Part shown: piece after piece, positions 51,094 through 60,909 of the stretch
Numbering within the stretch: position 1 is the stretch's first letter
Layout: each line of letters begins with the position of its first letter
Source of the DNA: Gammaproteobacteria bacterium
GTDB taxonomy: Bacteria; Pseudomonadota; Gammaproteobacteria; DSM-16500
Length of the DNA: 64,000 nucleotides
Direction: 5' to 3'
NCBI GenBank assembly: GCA_019634835.1
Contig: JAHCAO010000006.1
Coordinates: forward strand, 46,298-110,297
Notes under the pieces: generated by a model
The model's database searches: none
What the model was told of the DNA's origin: nothing
The model's input: only the letters and a program-made list of their open reading frames with translations
Program-made: the position numbers and the translations under genes

Positions 51094-51116
51094 TTCACGG
51101 GGTAGCTATAGGATCC
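51094..51116 (-). repeat. Family B short repeat, copy B4 (right half only)
   Basis: The reverse complement reads GGATCCTATAGCTACCCCGTGAA. It lies 17 nt after the stop of the 51134..52480 gene. Confidence 0.45.
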
Positions 51117-51133
51117 CATGAACGTACTGATTT

Positions 51134-52480
51134 TTAGTTTTTGGCAAAACCCAATTTATTTTCATGCTGAGATTGAACATATTCATTATGTCGTCTAGAT
51201 TTAAAAAATGAATAAGCAGACAATCCAGCTAACACAGAAGAATAAATAACAGAATGCTCACCTATCATCGATTGAGTGTCTTGATGGCCTGTAGGCAAAA
51301 TCTTGGAAAGATGCAAGCCACCAATATCTAAGATAGCCGTCAACCCTGTTCCTATCATACTAGAATAAATGCTAATCGCAGTGGTAGACGGAGATGGTAT
51401 TAAGTTATTAAGAAGGTTAGGTCCCCAATAAATCTCTATAGTTTTGCTTAACACACCACTGATAAAACCAGCTGCAGCAGCACCAACAATGCCCTTATCA
51501 AAGCCCACTACTCCTGCAGCCAACATAGCGTAGGCAGCACCTTGAAACCCTGTCATCACTGCAGTCGGAACAGTAGGGCTCAAATAATTTGATGTTGCCA
51601 CCACTTGCCTATCATCAAATTCCTTCTTATCTGTCTGATGCTGTTTCTTAAATTGAGCTAACTTTTTGCCGCGATTCTCAAGAAGACATCCCAAAACATC
51701 AACAAGCGACCCGTCATATTTTCTAAAATCTTGAACAACATAACAGGCCAATTCAATAACATTTTCTTGATAATTATAATCAATTGCTCCTAGACCTTGG
51801 ATTGTATCTATCGTTGTAATATTTTCTCCAGCATAGTGATATAGGCATAATTGTATGTTGTTTGGTATCAAATCTTGGTTTTCATTAAAAAATTTTGCCA
51901 GTTTATTCAAAATATCAGGATCTTTAGATAGTTTATTCGTTGGATTATATCTATCATCATAAAAGTTATACACAATACTAGCCGCTGGATTTTCAGAAGC
52001 AATTTTGTGCATCTGTGCATATAAAATCGTTAATTTAGAATCATCAAATACACAATCAGAAAATTCATAATCAGAAGAAATATTATGATAATATTCCAAG
52101 GCTCGAGAGAAGTTTTCGCCGGCCGGATTTCGCCCATAGGTATCCGATAATAAATAATCATCCACCTTAACAGAAGCATAAGGGATTTTTTCTGTAAAAA
52201 CCCTACGTAATTGGTTGATTGCAAAAAAACATGAGGGAGTACGATTACGTTCACTATTCCCATAATCACACAAAAAAGACTGTCTATTAGATCCGACCAT
52301 TAATATCACTTGCTCCGCTTGAGCGTTTCCTGCTACTTTTTCTATAAGGTTTTGATTTTCCTCTATTAAAGGTGCTAATGATTCTTTGTTGTTCTTATTA
52401 TCATATTGTTCAATACGTTTAATGTACTTTGGATGAAACACACAATTATCAAAATCAAAGGATTCTACTCTTATTCTCAT
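51134..52480 (-). CDS. Orphan protein: N-terminal HAD-like domain (tentative) plus C-terminal Gly/Ala-rich membrane segments
   Basis: ATG 52480 has a GAGGAG SD 9 nt upstream; the listed ORF starts 45 codons earlier with no SD. Possible HAD motifs are FDFDNC (I), LMVGSNRQS (II) and NFYDDR (IV). The C-terminus has three hydrophobic GxxxG/A-rich stretches. No confident family. Confidence 0.6.
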   Translation of the reverse strand: MRIRVESFDFDNCVFHPKYIKRIEQYDNKNNKESLAPLIEENQNLIEKVAGNAQAEQVILMVGSNRQSFLCDYGNSERNRTPSCFFAINQLRRVFTEKIPYASVKVDDYLLSDTYGRNPAGENFSRALEYYHNISSDYEFSDCVFDDSKLTILYAQMHKIASENPAASIVYNFYDDRYNPTNKLSKDPDILNKLAKFFNENQDLIPNNIQLCLYHYAGENITTIDTIQGLGAIDYNYQENVIELACYVVQDFRKYDGSLVDVLGCLLENRGKKLAQFKKQHQTDKKEFDDRQVVATSNYLSPTVPTAVMTGFQGAAYAMLAAGVVGFDKGIVGAAAAGFISGVLSKTIEIYWGPNLLNNLIPSPSTTAISIYSSMIGTGLTAILDIGGLHLSKILPTGHQDTQSMIGEHSVIYSSVLAGLSAYSFFKSRRHNEYVQSQHENKLGFAKN

Positions 52481-52722
52481 TACGATCCACTCCTCATATG
52501 TTCTTAATGAATGCTTAGCGAAAACATTATATTGATGTCTATAAAATAAACAATATCTTTTGTCCTTTAACCTGTTACCTTCAGTTGCCTCAAAGATATC
52601 TTTACATTTAAACACTTCCTGATAAAATATTGACCATGCGACACGTTAATAAAACTTAAAGATATTAGAGATCTTCCCATTAAACTAATATCTATCTACT
52701 AAAATATCTGGTTGGAACAGTG

Positions 52723-53226
52723 ATGAAATTTAAAATAATAGTGATTTCCCTCTTATTTTCATTTGTTTTTTCTATTTCCTGTTTTGCAACAGCAAACAAT
52801 CTTTTGGCTCCAATGGCTGCTTCTGGGTCTACGCAATTGGTTGTAATAATGAATAATCTCTCTAATCCTACCGCACCAGATGCGACCAAGACAAATATCA
52901 TGGTCAAATATTACGATGGTGCTGGTAATCATCCACCCTGCTGGACAGAAAATAATATTGGCTATCACAATAATCCTAATATTGCAGGTGCAGGCGGGAA
53001 AAATGCATGTGGTAAATTAGGCACACTGCCCCCAGCCATTGTAAGAATTGATATTTTACCGATTAAAGCCTCTGCTTATGTATTATACAAAGACCTGATT
53101 GGGGTAGATATTGACCCAAACAAATTCTACACCAGCATCATTGTAGAACAGGATACTGCACCTGTCTTTAATCAGGATGGCACGCTTAAAACACAAGGTA
53201 CTATCAAAGTTAAAAGAATGGACTAG
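52723..53226 (+). CDS. Small secreted hypothetical protein
   Basis: Signal peptide MKFKIIVISLLFSFVFSISCFA. The mature part is Gly/Asn/Pro-rich with 2 Cys. No family recognised. Confidence 0.55.
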   Translation: MKFKIIVISLLFSFVFSISCFATANNLLAPMAASGSTQLVVIMNNLSNPTAPDATKTNIMVKYYDGAGNHPPCWTENNIGYHNNPNIAGAGGKNACGKLGTLPPAIVRIDILPIKASAYVLYKDLIGVDIDPNKFYTSIIVEQDTAPVFNQDGTLKTQGTIKVKRMD

Positions 53227-53274
53227 ACTTATAATTCCTTAGGGTCTAATGCCACCAACATGTATATAATTATG

Positions 53275-53318
53275 CGGGGATTTTGCTGAAGACAGTCACC
53301 CTATTGTTTTTAGGCGAC
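53275..53318 (+). repeat. Family C element, truncated left half (C4)
   Basis: GGGGATTTTGCTGAAGACAGTCACCCTATTGTTTTTAGGCGAC matches the C3 left arm plus the first 7 nt of the core. Homology then stops. Confidence 0.6.
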
Positions 53319-53384
53319 AGCGAAATCCCTGATAATTGCGCGTCTATCATTGTGTATATCTCATGAGAAAACCATCAGAAGAAT

Positions 53385-54440
53385 ATGAATAAGAAATCGA
53401 TCCGCACATTAAGCAGCTTAACTCAAAATGACCTAGTGAAAAAATCTGATTTGTCTACTTTGCAAAAAGTAGTTGAAAATTTCTCTATCTCTATTACTGA
53501 TCAAATGCATCAATTAATTGATAAATCAGATCCAGATGATCCTATCGCTAAACAATTTGTTCCTCATATAAAAGAGCTTAATATTTCTCCTATCGAACAT
53601 ACGGATCCCATCGGGGATGACATCCATACTACTGTAAAAGGAGTTATTCACCGATATCCAGATCGCTGCCTTTTTGTTCCTCTTCATGTATGCCCAGTTT
53701 ATTGCCGGTTTTGCTTTCGCAAAGAAAAAGTCGGCACACCTTCTGAAACCCTCACCTCAGAAGAACTTGAAAATGCATTTACTTACATCAATGATCATCA
53801 AGAAATATGGGAAGTGATCATGACGGGTGGTGATCCACTCATTCTAAAGCCTACTCTATTAAAAAAATTCATTGATCGGCTCAATGCCATTGATCATGTT
53901 GAGGTGATACGCATCCATACTCGAGTACCTATCGTTGAGTCAGTGAGAATTAATGCTGAAATGGTCACTGCACTCAAATGTGACAAGCCAGTCTATGTTC
54001 TTTTACACGCCAACCACCCTAAAGAATTCACCAAAGACGCAATAAAAGCTTGTGCAGCGTTAGTGGATGCAGGGATTCCAATGTTAAGCCAAACTACCTT
54101 GCTAAAAAACCTTAATGATGATATTGAAACACTGAGTGCCTTGATGCGTTGTTTTATAAAAAACCGTATTAAACCTTATTATCTCCATCATGGCGATTTA
54201 GCAAAAGGAACAGAACATTTTCGAACAAGCATTGCAGAAGGACAGCGCCTTATGAAACAGCTCCGCGGCCGTTTCTCTGGAATGTGTCAACCCACTTATG
54301 TCTTAGATATTCCAGGAGGGCATGGAAAAGTCCCCATTGGCCCCAGTTATATACAGATGGATAACAGAGATGCCGATATTCATAACGAAGCACATTATTG
54401 TGTTGAAGATTATCGTGGTGGCACCCATCATTACCCTTAA
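53385..54440 (+). CDS. KamA-family radical SAM aminomutase (lysine 2,3-aminomutase / EpmB-like)
   Basis: HRYPDR, the CPVYCRFCFRKE radical-SAM cluster motif, GGDPL, and YYLHH. No efp or epmA lies adjacent, so the EpmB versus KamA role is unresolved. Confidence 0.85.
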   Translation: MNKKSIRTLSSLTQNDLVKKSDLSTLQKVVENFSISITDQMHQLIDKSDPDDPIAKQFVPHIKELNISPIEHTDPIGDDIHTTVKGVIHRYPDRCLFVPLHVCPVYCRFCFRKEKVGTPSETLTSEELENAFTYINDHQEIWEVIMTGGDPLILKPTLLKKFIDRLNAIDHVEVIRIHTRVPIVESVRINAEMVTALKCDKPVYVLLHANHPKEFTKDAIKACAALVDAGIPMLSQTTLLKNLNDDIETLSALMRCFIKNRIKPYYLHHGDLAKGTEHFRTSIAEGQRLMKQLRGRFSGMCQPTYVLDIPGGHGKVPIGPSYIQMDNRDADIHNEAHYCVEDYRGGTHHYP

Positions 54441-54504
54441 TGGTAGCCTTTATTCCTACGCTTGCCTTCCTAATTAACGAGTCTTCATGGCTTCGACATC
54501 GCAG

Positions 54505-54537
54505 CGCTTCCGTTTTTTAGGATCCGATGGCTACCCC
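54505..54537 (+). repeat. Family B short repeat, copy B3 (partial)
   Basis: CGCTTCCGTTTTTTAGGATCCGATGGCTACCCC, 64 nt after the aminomutase stop. Confidence 0.5.
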
Positions 54538-54739
54538 ATAATTGCTCGGTAAATATTATAATATTAAATAAAATAATATCTTACAAGAATACATTAAACT
54601 TCATCTTCTAATAAGAAATACAACCATGTATTTCCTATTTGTTTTCTATATTGCAACCTATTTATATCAAGATATTCCAGATAAAACATGAAATTTCACG
54701 TTACAATAAAACTGTAGAACAAAAAAAGGAGTGCTTGAT

Positions 54740-55300
54740 ATGCGAAGTGTTGGATCAGGTATTTCGTTTTTAGCATGCTGTACTGTTTCACTCGCGTTAA
54801 GCTCTTGCTCTTCTATGTCTGATACATATTCCGACGATAGTTTAACAGCACCAGTGTATGCGGCTAACTACCCTACGGGCTATGGTTCGCGATTACCCAC
54901 CCAAATCGAAACCAAAGAAAAAGTCATTGTAGTAGACCCTAATGTGCATACATGGGGAGCATATGATAGTGGTGGAAACTTAGTCCGCTCAGGGTTAGCA
55001 ACCGCTGGTTCATCATGGTGCCCCGATATAGGACGTCCCTGCAAAACCAAAGCGGGACATTTTCGCATCCAGTCATTAGGCAGCGCAGATTGCAAATCAA
55101 GTATCTATCCACTCCCTAAAGGCGGAGCCCCGATGCCCTACTGCATGTTTTTTAATGGCAATCAAGGATTACATGGATCAGGAGAAGTAGTCGAGGGAAA
55201 CATTAGCCATGGCTGTGTACGTATGCACGTATCTGATGCCGAATGGTTACGATTCGATTTTGCAAAAACCGGAACTAAAGTTATTGTAAAACCGTACTGA
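54740..55300 (+). CDS. L,D-transpeptidase (YkuD domain) lipoprotein
   Basis: Lipobox LALSSC. The catalytic motif is HGSGEVVEGNISHGCVRM. AAGGAG SD lies 8 nt before ATG 54740. Confidence 0.85.
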   Translation: MRSVGSGISFLACCTVSLALSSCSSMSDTYSDDSLTAPVYAANYPTGYGSRLPTQIETKEKVIVVDPNVHTWGAYDSGGNLVRSGLATAGSSWCPDIGRPCKTKAGHFRIQSLGSADCKSSIYPLPKGGAPMPYCMFFNGNQGLHGSGEVVEGNISHGCVRMHVSDAEWLRFDFAKTGTKVIVKPY

Positions 55301-55355
55301 AAGAGCGTGATAGAATCAGCGTTTCAGTAAAATGCCAATTCTTTCATGGTGTTCG

Positions 55356-55390
55356 TAAAAACATTCTCCCCAGCTTTCGTTGGGGAGAAT
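55356..55390 (-). terminator. Rho-independent terminator of rpsA
   Basis: 10-bp stem ATTCTCCCCA / TGGGGAGAAT with an 8-nt loop. On the minus strand it is followed by GTTTTTAC. It lies 33 nt after the rpsA stop. Confidence 0.7.
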
Positions 55391-55423
55391 GATGAACATA
55401 AGTCAGTTAACCTTAAATCACTT

Positions 55424-57181
55424 CTACTTTTCTTCACTCTCTTTGTCATCTGTGCCATTGATGTGATCTTTAAATAAATCACCAAATGTGGTTTTAAGAC
55501 CTGACTCAGACGTTTTTTTCTTCTTACTGCCAGAAGAAGCAGCAGCACTAACAGTTTTAGTTGCCTTAGCAGCTTTCTTAACAGGTGGTGCTTTTCCATC
55601 CTTAGCTTTCATAGAAAGAGTAATCGCATGAATCTTTCTATCGGTACCCATAATTTTTGCTTCAATAGCCTCACCAACGTTTAGCTTGGTACGAACATCT
55701 TCTATTTTATCAGTAGAAATTTCTGACGCACGCAGCACGCCGCGAATACCCTCAGCAAGTTCAATGATGGCATGTTTTTGCTCCACTTCAACTACTTTAC
55801 CTGCGACCACGGTACCTTTTTCATTTTCAATGAGGTAACTTGCAAGAGGATCCTCAGCTAATTGTTTTAAACCCAATGCGATACGTTCACGTTCAACATC
55901 AATAGTTAAAATCACCGCCTCAAGTTCATCACCTTTTTGATACTTACGCAGCGTATCCTGGGCTTCTGTTTCGCTCCAAGCAATGTCAGAAAGATAAACC
56001 AACCCGTCAATGCCACCATCAAGTTCAAGAAAGATGCCAAAATCTGTAATAGACTTTATCTTACCTTTGACTTGCTCGCCTTTTTGGTGATTTTCAGCAA
56101 ATGCAGCCCATGGGTTAGCAGTACACTGCTTGATACCCAACGAAATACGACGACGCTCAGCATCAACATCTAGCACCATCACTTCAACTTCCTGGCCTAA
56201 ATGAATGACTTTATTAGGATTAACATTCTTATTTGTCCAGTCCATCTCAGAAACGTGAACCAACCCTTCAATCCCTTCTTCGATTTCAACAAAACAGCCA
56301 TAATCGGTAATATTAGTAACACGGCCACTGATCTTAGCATTAACAGGATAACGTTGGCTAATATCTTGCCATGGATCGCCACCTAACTGCTTAAGACCGA
56401 GTGATACCCGAACATTATCACGGTCAATTTTTAAAACTTTAACTTTAATTTCATCGCCAATATTAAGGATTTCGCTTGGATGTTTGATTCGCTTCCAAGA
56501 CATATCTGTAATGTGCAACAGACCATCTACACCACCTAAATCAATAAATGCACCATAGTCCGTAAGGTTTTTCACGATACCTTTAACTTGATCGCCTTCA
56601 TTAATATTTTCCAGAACAGCTGCGCGCTCTACATTGCTTTCAGCTTCTAATACAGCACGACGAGAAACAACAATATTATTACGTTTGGGGTCAACTTTGA
56701 TGACTTTAAATTCGAATTCTTTGCCTTCAAATGCTTCAGGATCGCGAATAGGCTTAACATCCACTAATGAACCTGGTAAGAAAGCTCTAACTTTATTAAT
56801 TTCAACCGTAAATCCACCCTTCACTCGGCCAACGACCACACCGCGAATAGTTTCTTTTGATTCGTATGCACGTTCCAAGTGAGACCAGGACTCGAGACGC
56901 TTTGCTCGTTCACGTGAAAGCCTTGTACTACCAAAGCCATCTTCTAATACTTCAAGCGCTACTTTAACTTCGTCGCCTACCTTAATTTCTAATTTTCCAC
57001 TTTCATCATAAAATTGATCGATTGATATATAGGATTCAGATTTTAATCCTGCATCAACAATTACATACTTATCTTCAATACGCTCAACGGTAGCAGAAAT
57101 AATCGCACCAGGCAGCATAGGGGTATCAGTTAGACTTTTCTCAAATAATTGCGCAAAAGACTCGCCCATATTTTTGTTCAC
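55424..57181 (-). CDS. rpsA: 30S ribosomal protein S1
   Basis: 585 aa with six S1 repeats (e.g. [26 protein letters not shown]) and a Lys/Ala-rich C-terminal tail. Confidence 0.97.
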   Translation of the reverse strand: MNKNMGESFAQLFEKSLTDTPMLPGAIISATVERIEDKYVIVDAGLKSESYISIDQFYDESGKLEIKVGDEVKVALEVLEDGFGSTRLSRERAKRLESWSHLERAYESKETIRGVVVGRVKGGFTVEINKVRAFLPGSLVDVKPIRDPEAFEGKEFEFKVIKVDPKRNNIVVSRRAVLEAESNVERAAVLENINEGDQVKGIVKNLTDYGAFIDLGGVDGLLHITDMSWKRIKHPSEILNIGDEIKVKVLKIDRDNVRVSLGLKQLGGDPWQDISQRYPVNAKISGRVTNITDYGCFVEIEEGIEGLVHVSEMDWTNKNVNPNKVIHLGQEVEVMVLDVDAERRRISLGIKQCTANPWAAFAENHQKGEQVKGKIKSITDFGIFLELDGGIDGLVYLSDIAWSETEAQDTLRKYQKGDELEAVILTIDVERERIALGLKQLAEDPLASYLIENEKGTVVAGKVVEVEQKHAIIELAEGIRGVLRASEISTDKIEDVRTKLNVGEAIEAKIMGTDRKIHAITLSMKAKDGKAPPVKKAAKATKTVSAAASSGSKKKKTSESGLKTTFGDLFKDHINGTDDKESEEK

Positions 57182-57330
57182 TAGAACCTCAATTCACTAT
57201 AACGGTTAAGGATGGCTGACATTCTACTATGCTGGTGGTAAGCGATTCACTTCTATCGCACTGTTGTGCTAGAACATTAACGCTTCCTGTGTCACCTATA
57301 GAAATACAACTCAATCCTGTGTTAATCATC

Positions 57331-58071
57331 TTATTCTGCTATCCCCATCTCTACGAATTCAATCGTTATTGGGAATGAGGTAGCAGGAAAGGCCTTTTTT
57401 TGTTTAATCTCGAATAAAATCCGCTCAACTACCTGCTCAACACTCAAATGATCAGTATCAATACGAACCGCGTCTTCAGCGGGTTTAAGCGGTGCTACAG
57501 CGCGTTCTTGGTCACGTCTATCACGCTCACGCAGCTCTTTTATAAGATCGCTCAGGGTAACACTAATACCTCTTTCCTTCAACTGGTTATAACGCCTTAA
57601 AGCCCGTTCTTCCGGGCTAGCAATAAGAAATATCTTTAATTCCGCATCGGGGAAAACCACTGTTCCCATGTCCCGCCCATCAGCAACCAATCCAGGCACA
57701 TCTCTAAATGCTCGTTGCCTGCTTAACAATGAAGCACGGACAGCAGGCAACGCTGCAACGATAGAAGCGGCGTTACCAATTTTCTCCGTACGAATGACAT
57801 CAGTCACATCTTCCCCTTCAAGAATGATCTTAGAAATTTCACTCTCTTGCGCAATAAATTGCACATCTAGGTGTTCTCCGAGTACTTTTAAAGCTTTCTC
57901 ATTATCAAGCACAACCCCATGCTTTTGAGCAGCTAACGCTAATACTCGATACAATGCTCCACTATCTAAAAACTTCCAGCCAAGCCGGCTTGCAAGTACC
58001 TGGCTTACCGTTCCTTTTCCTGTACCACTTGCACCATCAATAGTAATGACAGGCTCCTTTTGAAAGATCAT
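57331..58071 (-). CDS. cmk: Cytidylate kinase
   Basis: [14 protein letters not shown]-loop, LDSGALYR, and [12 protein letters not shown]. The start overlaps the gyrA stop (ATGA). Confidence 0.93.
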   Translation of the reverse strand: MIFQKEPVITIDGASGTGKGTVSQVLASRLGWKFLDSGALYRVLALAAQKHGVVLDNEKALKVLGEHLDVQFIAQESEISKIILEGEDVTDVIRTEKIGNAASIVAALPAVRASLLSRQRAFRDVPGLVADGRDMGTVVFPDAELKIFLIASPEERALRRYNQLKERGISVTLSDLIKELRERDRRDQERAVAPLKPAEDAVRIDTDHLSVEQVVERILFEIKQKKAFPATSFPITIEFVEMGIAE

Positions 58072-60626
58072 TCCTTCTCTTCTCCTTTGATATTTGCAAT
58101 TCTTTCAAGACTAACTAGTACTTCACTCTCACCAAGCTGAATAAGGCGTACACCTTGAGTATTACGTCCAATCACTGATATTTCAGAGACAGGAACACGC
58201 ACAAGGGTTCCTTTGTTACTAATTAACATCACTTCATCTTCTTGGTTGACTTGCACAGCACTAACCACCTTGCCATTCCGGTCACTTGATTGTATCGAGA
58301 TAACACCTTGGCCACCGCGCCCACTTAAACGATATTCTTCCAGCGCCGTCCGTTTCCCATAACCATTTTCTGTAGCAGTTAAAATATCACCTTCACGAGA
58401 TACAATTAACGAAACTACTTTTTGGCCATCTTGTAATTTTACTCCACGTACGCCAGCAGCTTGCCTGCCCATACAACGCACTTTTGATTCAGGGAACCGA
58501 ACTACCTTACCTGCGTCAGTAAATAACATAAGATCATGATTACCATCTGTAATGTCAGCCTGGACCAAGTAATCACCCTCATTTAAAGCAACCGCTATAA
58601 TGCCAGATGAACGTGGGCGTGAGAAATTAACAAGCGATACTTTCTTAACCAGGCCCATGGAAGTAGCCATCACTACATATTGATTTTCATGGTACTCACG
58701 CACAGGTAAAAAGGCATTGACCTTTTCCCCTTCTGCTAAAGGCAATATATTAATAATAGGACGACCGCGTGACGCTCTGTTGGCCTGTGGTAATTGATAA
58801 ACCTTGAGCCAGTAAACCTTGCCATGATTAGTAAAACACAAAACGGTATCATGCGTTCTTGCAGCAATTAAATATTCAACAAAATCTTCTTCCTTCATCG
58901 TGGTGGCTGACTTTCCACGGCCGCCTCGGTGTTGTGCCTGATAAACATCCAGCAGTTGGGTTTTCACATAACCTTCGTGCGAAAGTGTAACCACCACTTC
59001 TTCATCAGGAATAAGATCCTCAATGAGAACATCCCCTTCTTCAGTCGCCGCGATTTCTGTTCGCCTTACATCACCAAATTCAGTTTTAATAACATTTAAT
59101 TCATCCCGAATGACTTGCATAAGACGGGTTGAATCTTGAAGGATTTCCATCAATTTTTTGATTAACCCCTGTAATTCCTTATGTTCTGCAACAATTTTAT
59201 CTTGTTCCAAATTAGTTAACCGATGCAACCGCATATCTAAGATAGCTTGTGCTTGTTCTGGAGATAGCCGGTACCCGTCATCGGACAACCCATAAATTTC
59301 TGTCGTCTGTGTTAATACGTCATGCTTGCCAGCTCGAGTCAAGATTTCTATCGTTTGCGCCGCCTGCCATGTCTGTTGTATCAACTGTGCCTTCGCTGTT
59401 GCAGGGTCTTTTGCTTGTTTGATCAATACAATCATCGCATCGATATTAGACAGTGCGACCGCTAATCCTTCCAATATATGCACACGATCACGAGCTTTTT
59501 TAAGATCAAATACAGTGCGGCGAGTCACCACTTCTCGCCTATGCCTAACAAAAGCTTCAATTAGCTGTTTGAGGTTAAGGATTTTAGGTTGACCATCCGC
59601 TAATGCAACCATGTTAATGCCAAACACACTTTGCATTTGCGTATGCACAAACAAATTATTAAGAACAATATCAACATTTTCGCCGCGGCGAAGTTCAATG
59701 ACAACACGCATCCCTTGCTTATCTGATTCGTCGCGCAATGCTGTAATGCCTTCAATTTTCTTTTCTTTTACTAACTCAGCAATCCGCTCTACTAAGCGTG
59801 CTTTATTTACCTGATAAGGTAACTCAGTAATGATAATTCGCTCTTTGGTAGCTTTTTCATCTGATTCAATTTGGGTTTTCGCACGCACGACTACCCTGCC
59901 GCGGCCAGTATGATAGGCTTCATAAATTCCATTTTTGCCCTGGATAATTCCACCAGTAGGAAAATCAGGCCCAGGAACATGCTCCATCATTTCATTAATG
60001 CTGATTTCCGGATTATCGATAAATGCTAAACAAGCTTGAATTATTTCTGTCAAATTATGTGGTGGAATATTGGTTGCCATACCCACCGCAATACCAGATG
60101 AACCATTGACTAATAAATGTGGTATTTTAGTAGGCAAAACAATGGGCATTAATTCGTTTTCGTCGTAATTTGGCGTAAAATCGACGGTCTCTTTCTCAAT
60201 ATCAGCCAACAGTGCATGCGCAAACTTAGACATGCGGATTTCGGTATAACGCATGGCTGCTGCAGCATCGCCATCAATTGAACCAAAATTTCCTTGGCCA
60301 TCTACTAATAAATAACGCATGGAAAAGGGCTGCGCCATACGCACAATGGTATCGTAAACTGCTGTGTCGCCATGAGGATGATATTTACCAATTACATCAC
60401 CCACAATACGGGCTGATTTTTTATAAGGCTTATTCCAATCATTCCCCAATTCATGCATGGCATATAACACACGCCTATGCACTGGTTTGAGACCATCACG
60501 AATATCGGGAAGTGCCCGACCTACGATGACGCTCATTGCGTAATCGAGATAAGATCTTTTTAATTCATTTTCTACACTAACTTTTTGGACTTCTTTAGCG
60601 ACTGGATTATCCATAGTAGGCTGCAT
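58068..60626 (-). CDS. gyrA: DNA gyrase subunit A
   Basis: 852 aa. [28 protein letters not shown], the active-site Tyr context AAAMRYTE, and C-terminal beta-pinwheel repeats. Confidence 0.98.
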   Translation of the reverse strand: MQPTMDNPVAKEVQKVSVENELKRSYLDYAMSVIVGRALPDIRDGLKPVHRRVLYAMHELGNDWNKPYKKSARIVGDVIGKYHPHGDTAVYDTIVRMAQPFSMRYLLVDGQGNFGSIDGDAAAAMRYTEIRMSKFAHALLADIEKETVDFTPNYDENELMPIVLPTKIPHLLVNGSSGIAVGMATNIPPHNLTEIIQACLAFIDNPEISINEMMEHVPGPDFPTGGIIQGKNGIYEAYHTGRGRVVVRAKTQIESDEKATKERIIITELPYQVNKARLVERIAELVKEKKIEGITALRDESDKQGMRVVIELRRGENVDIVLNNLFVHTQMQSVFGINMVALADGQPKILNLKQLIEAFVRHRREVVTRRTVFDLKKARDRVHILEGLAVALSNIDAMIVLIKQAKDPATAKAQLIQQTWQAAQTIEILTRAGKHDVLTQTTEIYGLSDDGYRLSPEQAQAILDMRLHRLTNLEQDKIVAEHKELQGLIKKLMEILQDSTRLMQVIRDELNVIKTEFGDVRRTEIAATEEGDVLIEDLIPDEEVVVTLSHEGYVKTQLLDVYQAQHRGGRGKSATTMKEEDFVEYLIAARTHDTVLCFTNHGKVYWLKVYQLPQANRASRGRPIINILPLAEGEKVNAFLPVREYHENQYVVMATSMGLVKKVSLVNFSRPRSSGIIAVALNEGDYLVQADITDGNHDLMLFTDAGKVVRFPESKVRCMGRQAAGVRGVKLQDGQKVVSLIVSREGDILTATENGYGKRTALEEYRLSGRGGQGVISIQSSDRNGKVVSAVQVNQEDEVMLISNKGTLVRVPVSEISVIGRNTQGVRLIQLGESEVLVSLERIANIKGEEKE

Positions 60627-60650
60627 TTTTCAGTGAATTTTAACTGCAAG

Positions 60651-60659
60651 ATTATACCA
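60651..60659 (-). promoter_or_regulatory. Possible extended -10 promoter element of gyrA
   Basis: The minus strand reads TGGTATAAT about 25 nt upstream of the gyrA ATG. No good -35 is present. The position where a -35 would sit abuts the family D palindrome. Confidence 0.35.
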
Positions 60660-60675
60660 TGAACATTAGGAATTC

Positions 60676-60878
60676 GACAGGAATAGATCAGGCTTAGGAG
60701 ACATTCGTAGTATCTGAACGAGTCTGCCCTTTTTTATTTTTATATTTGGTCGCAAAAGACGTTTCCATTCCGACTTTTGCTAAAGTGGACTCCTGTCCAC
60801 TTTCCCTCATATAAAAATAAAAAAGGGCAGACTCGTTCAGATACTACGAATGTCTCCTAAGCCTGATCTATTCCTGTC
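60676..60878. repeat. Family D palindromic element (single copy in the window)
   Basis: Perfect 69-bp inverted arms (60676-60744 / 60810-60878), verified base by base. The 65-nt core holds two hairpins: GCAAAAG-15 nt-CTTTTGC and AAGTGGAC-TCCT-GTCCACTT. Confidence 0.9.
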
Positions 60879-60909
60879 AGCTCAAATATTTCCATCAATA
60901 TGATAAAAT

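Noticed and set aside
54615-54634. AT-rich hairpin GAAATACA-ACCA-TGTATTTC followed by a T-rich tract in the aminomutase / L,D-transpeptidase spacer.
   Set aside because: The stem is weak (1 G/C pair in 8). It lies 175 nt from the nearest stop and in a generally AT-rich region where such hairpins arise by chance.
55324-55599. 91-aa minus-strand ORF overlapping the 3' end of rpsA.
   Set aside because: It is out of frame with rpsA across the Lys-rich tail (poly-purine/pyrimidine region) and runs through the rpsA terminator hairpin. It is an artefact.
60350-60420. gyrA QRDR examined for quinolone-resistance substitutions.
   Set aside because: The sequence reads [10 protein letters not shown]: Thr at the position equivalent to E. 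coli Ser83, and Asp at position 87. This is the wild-type state in several gammaproteobacteria (for example, Pseudomonas), so nothing is notable.
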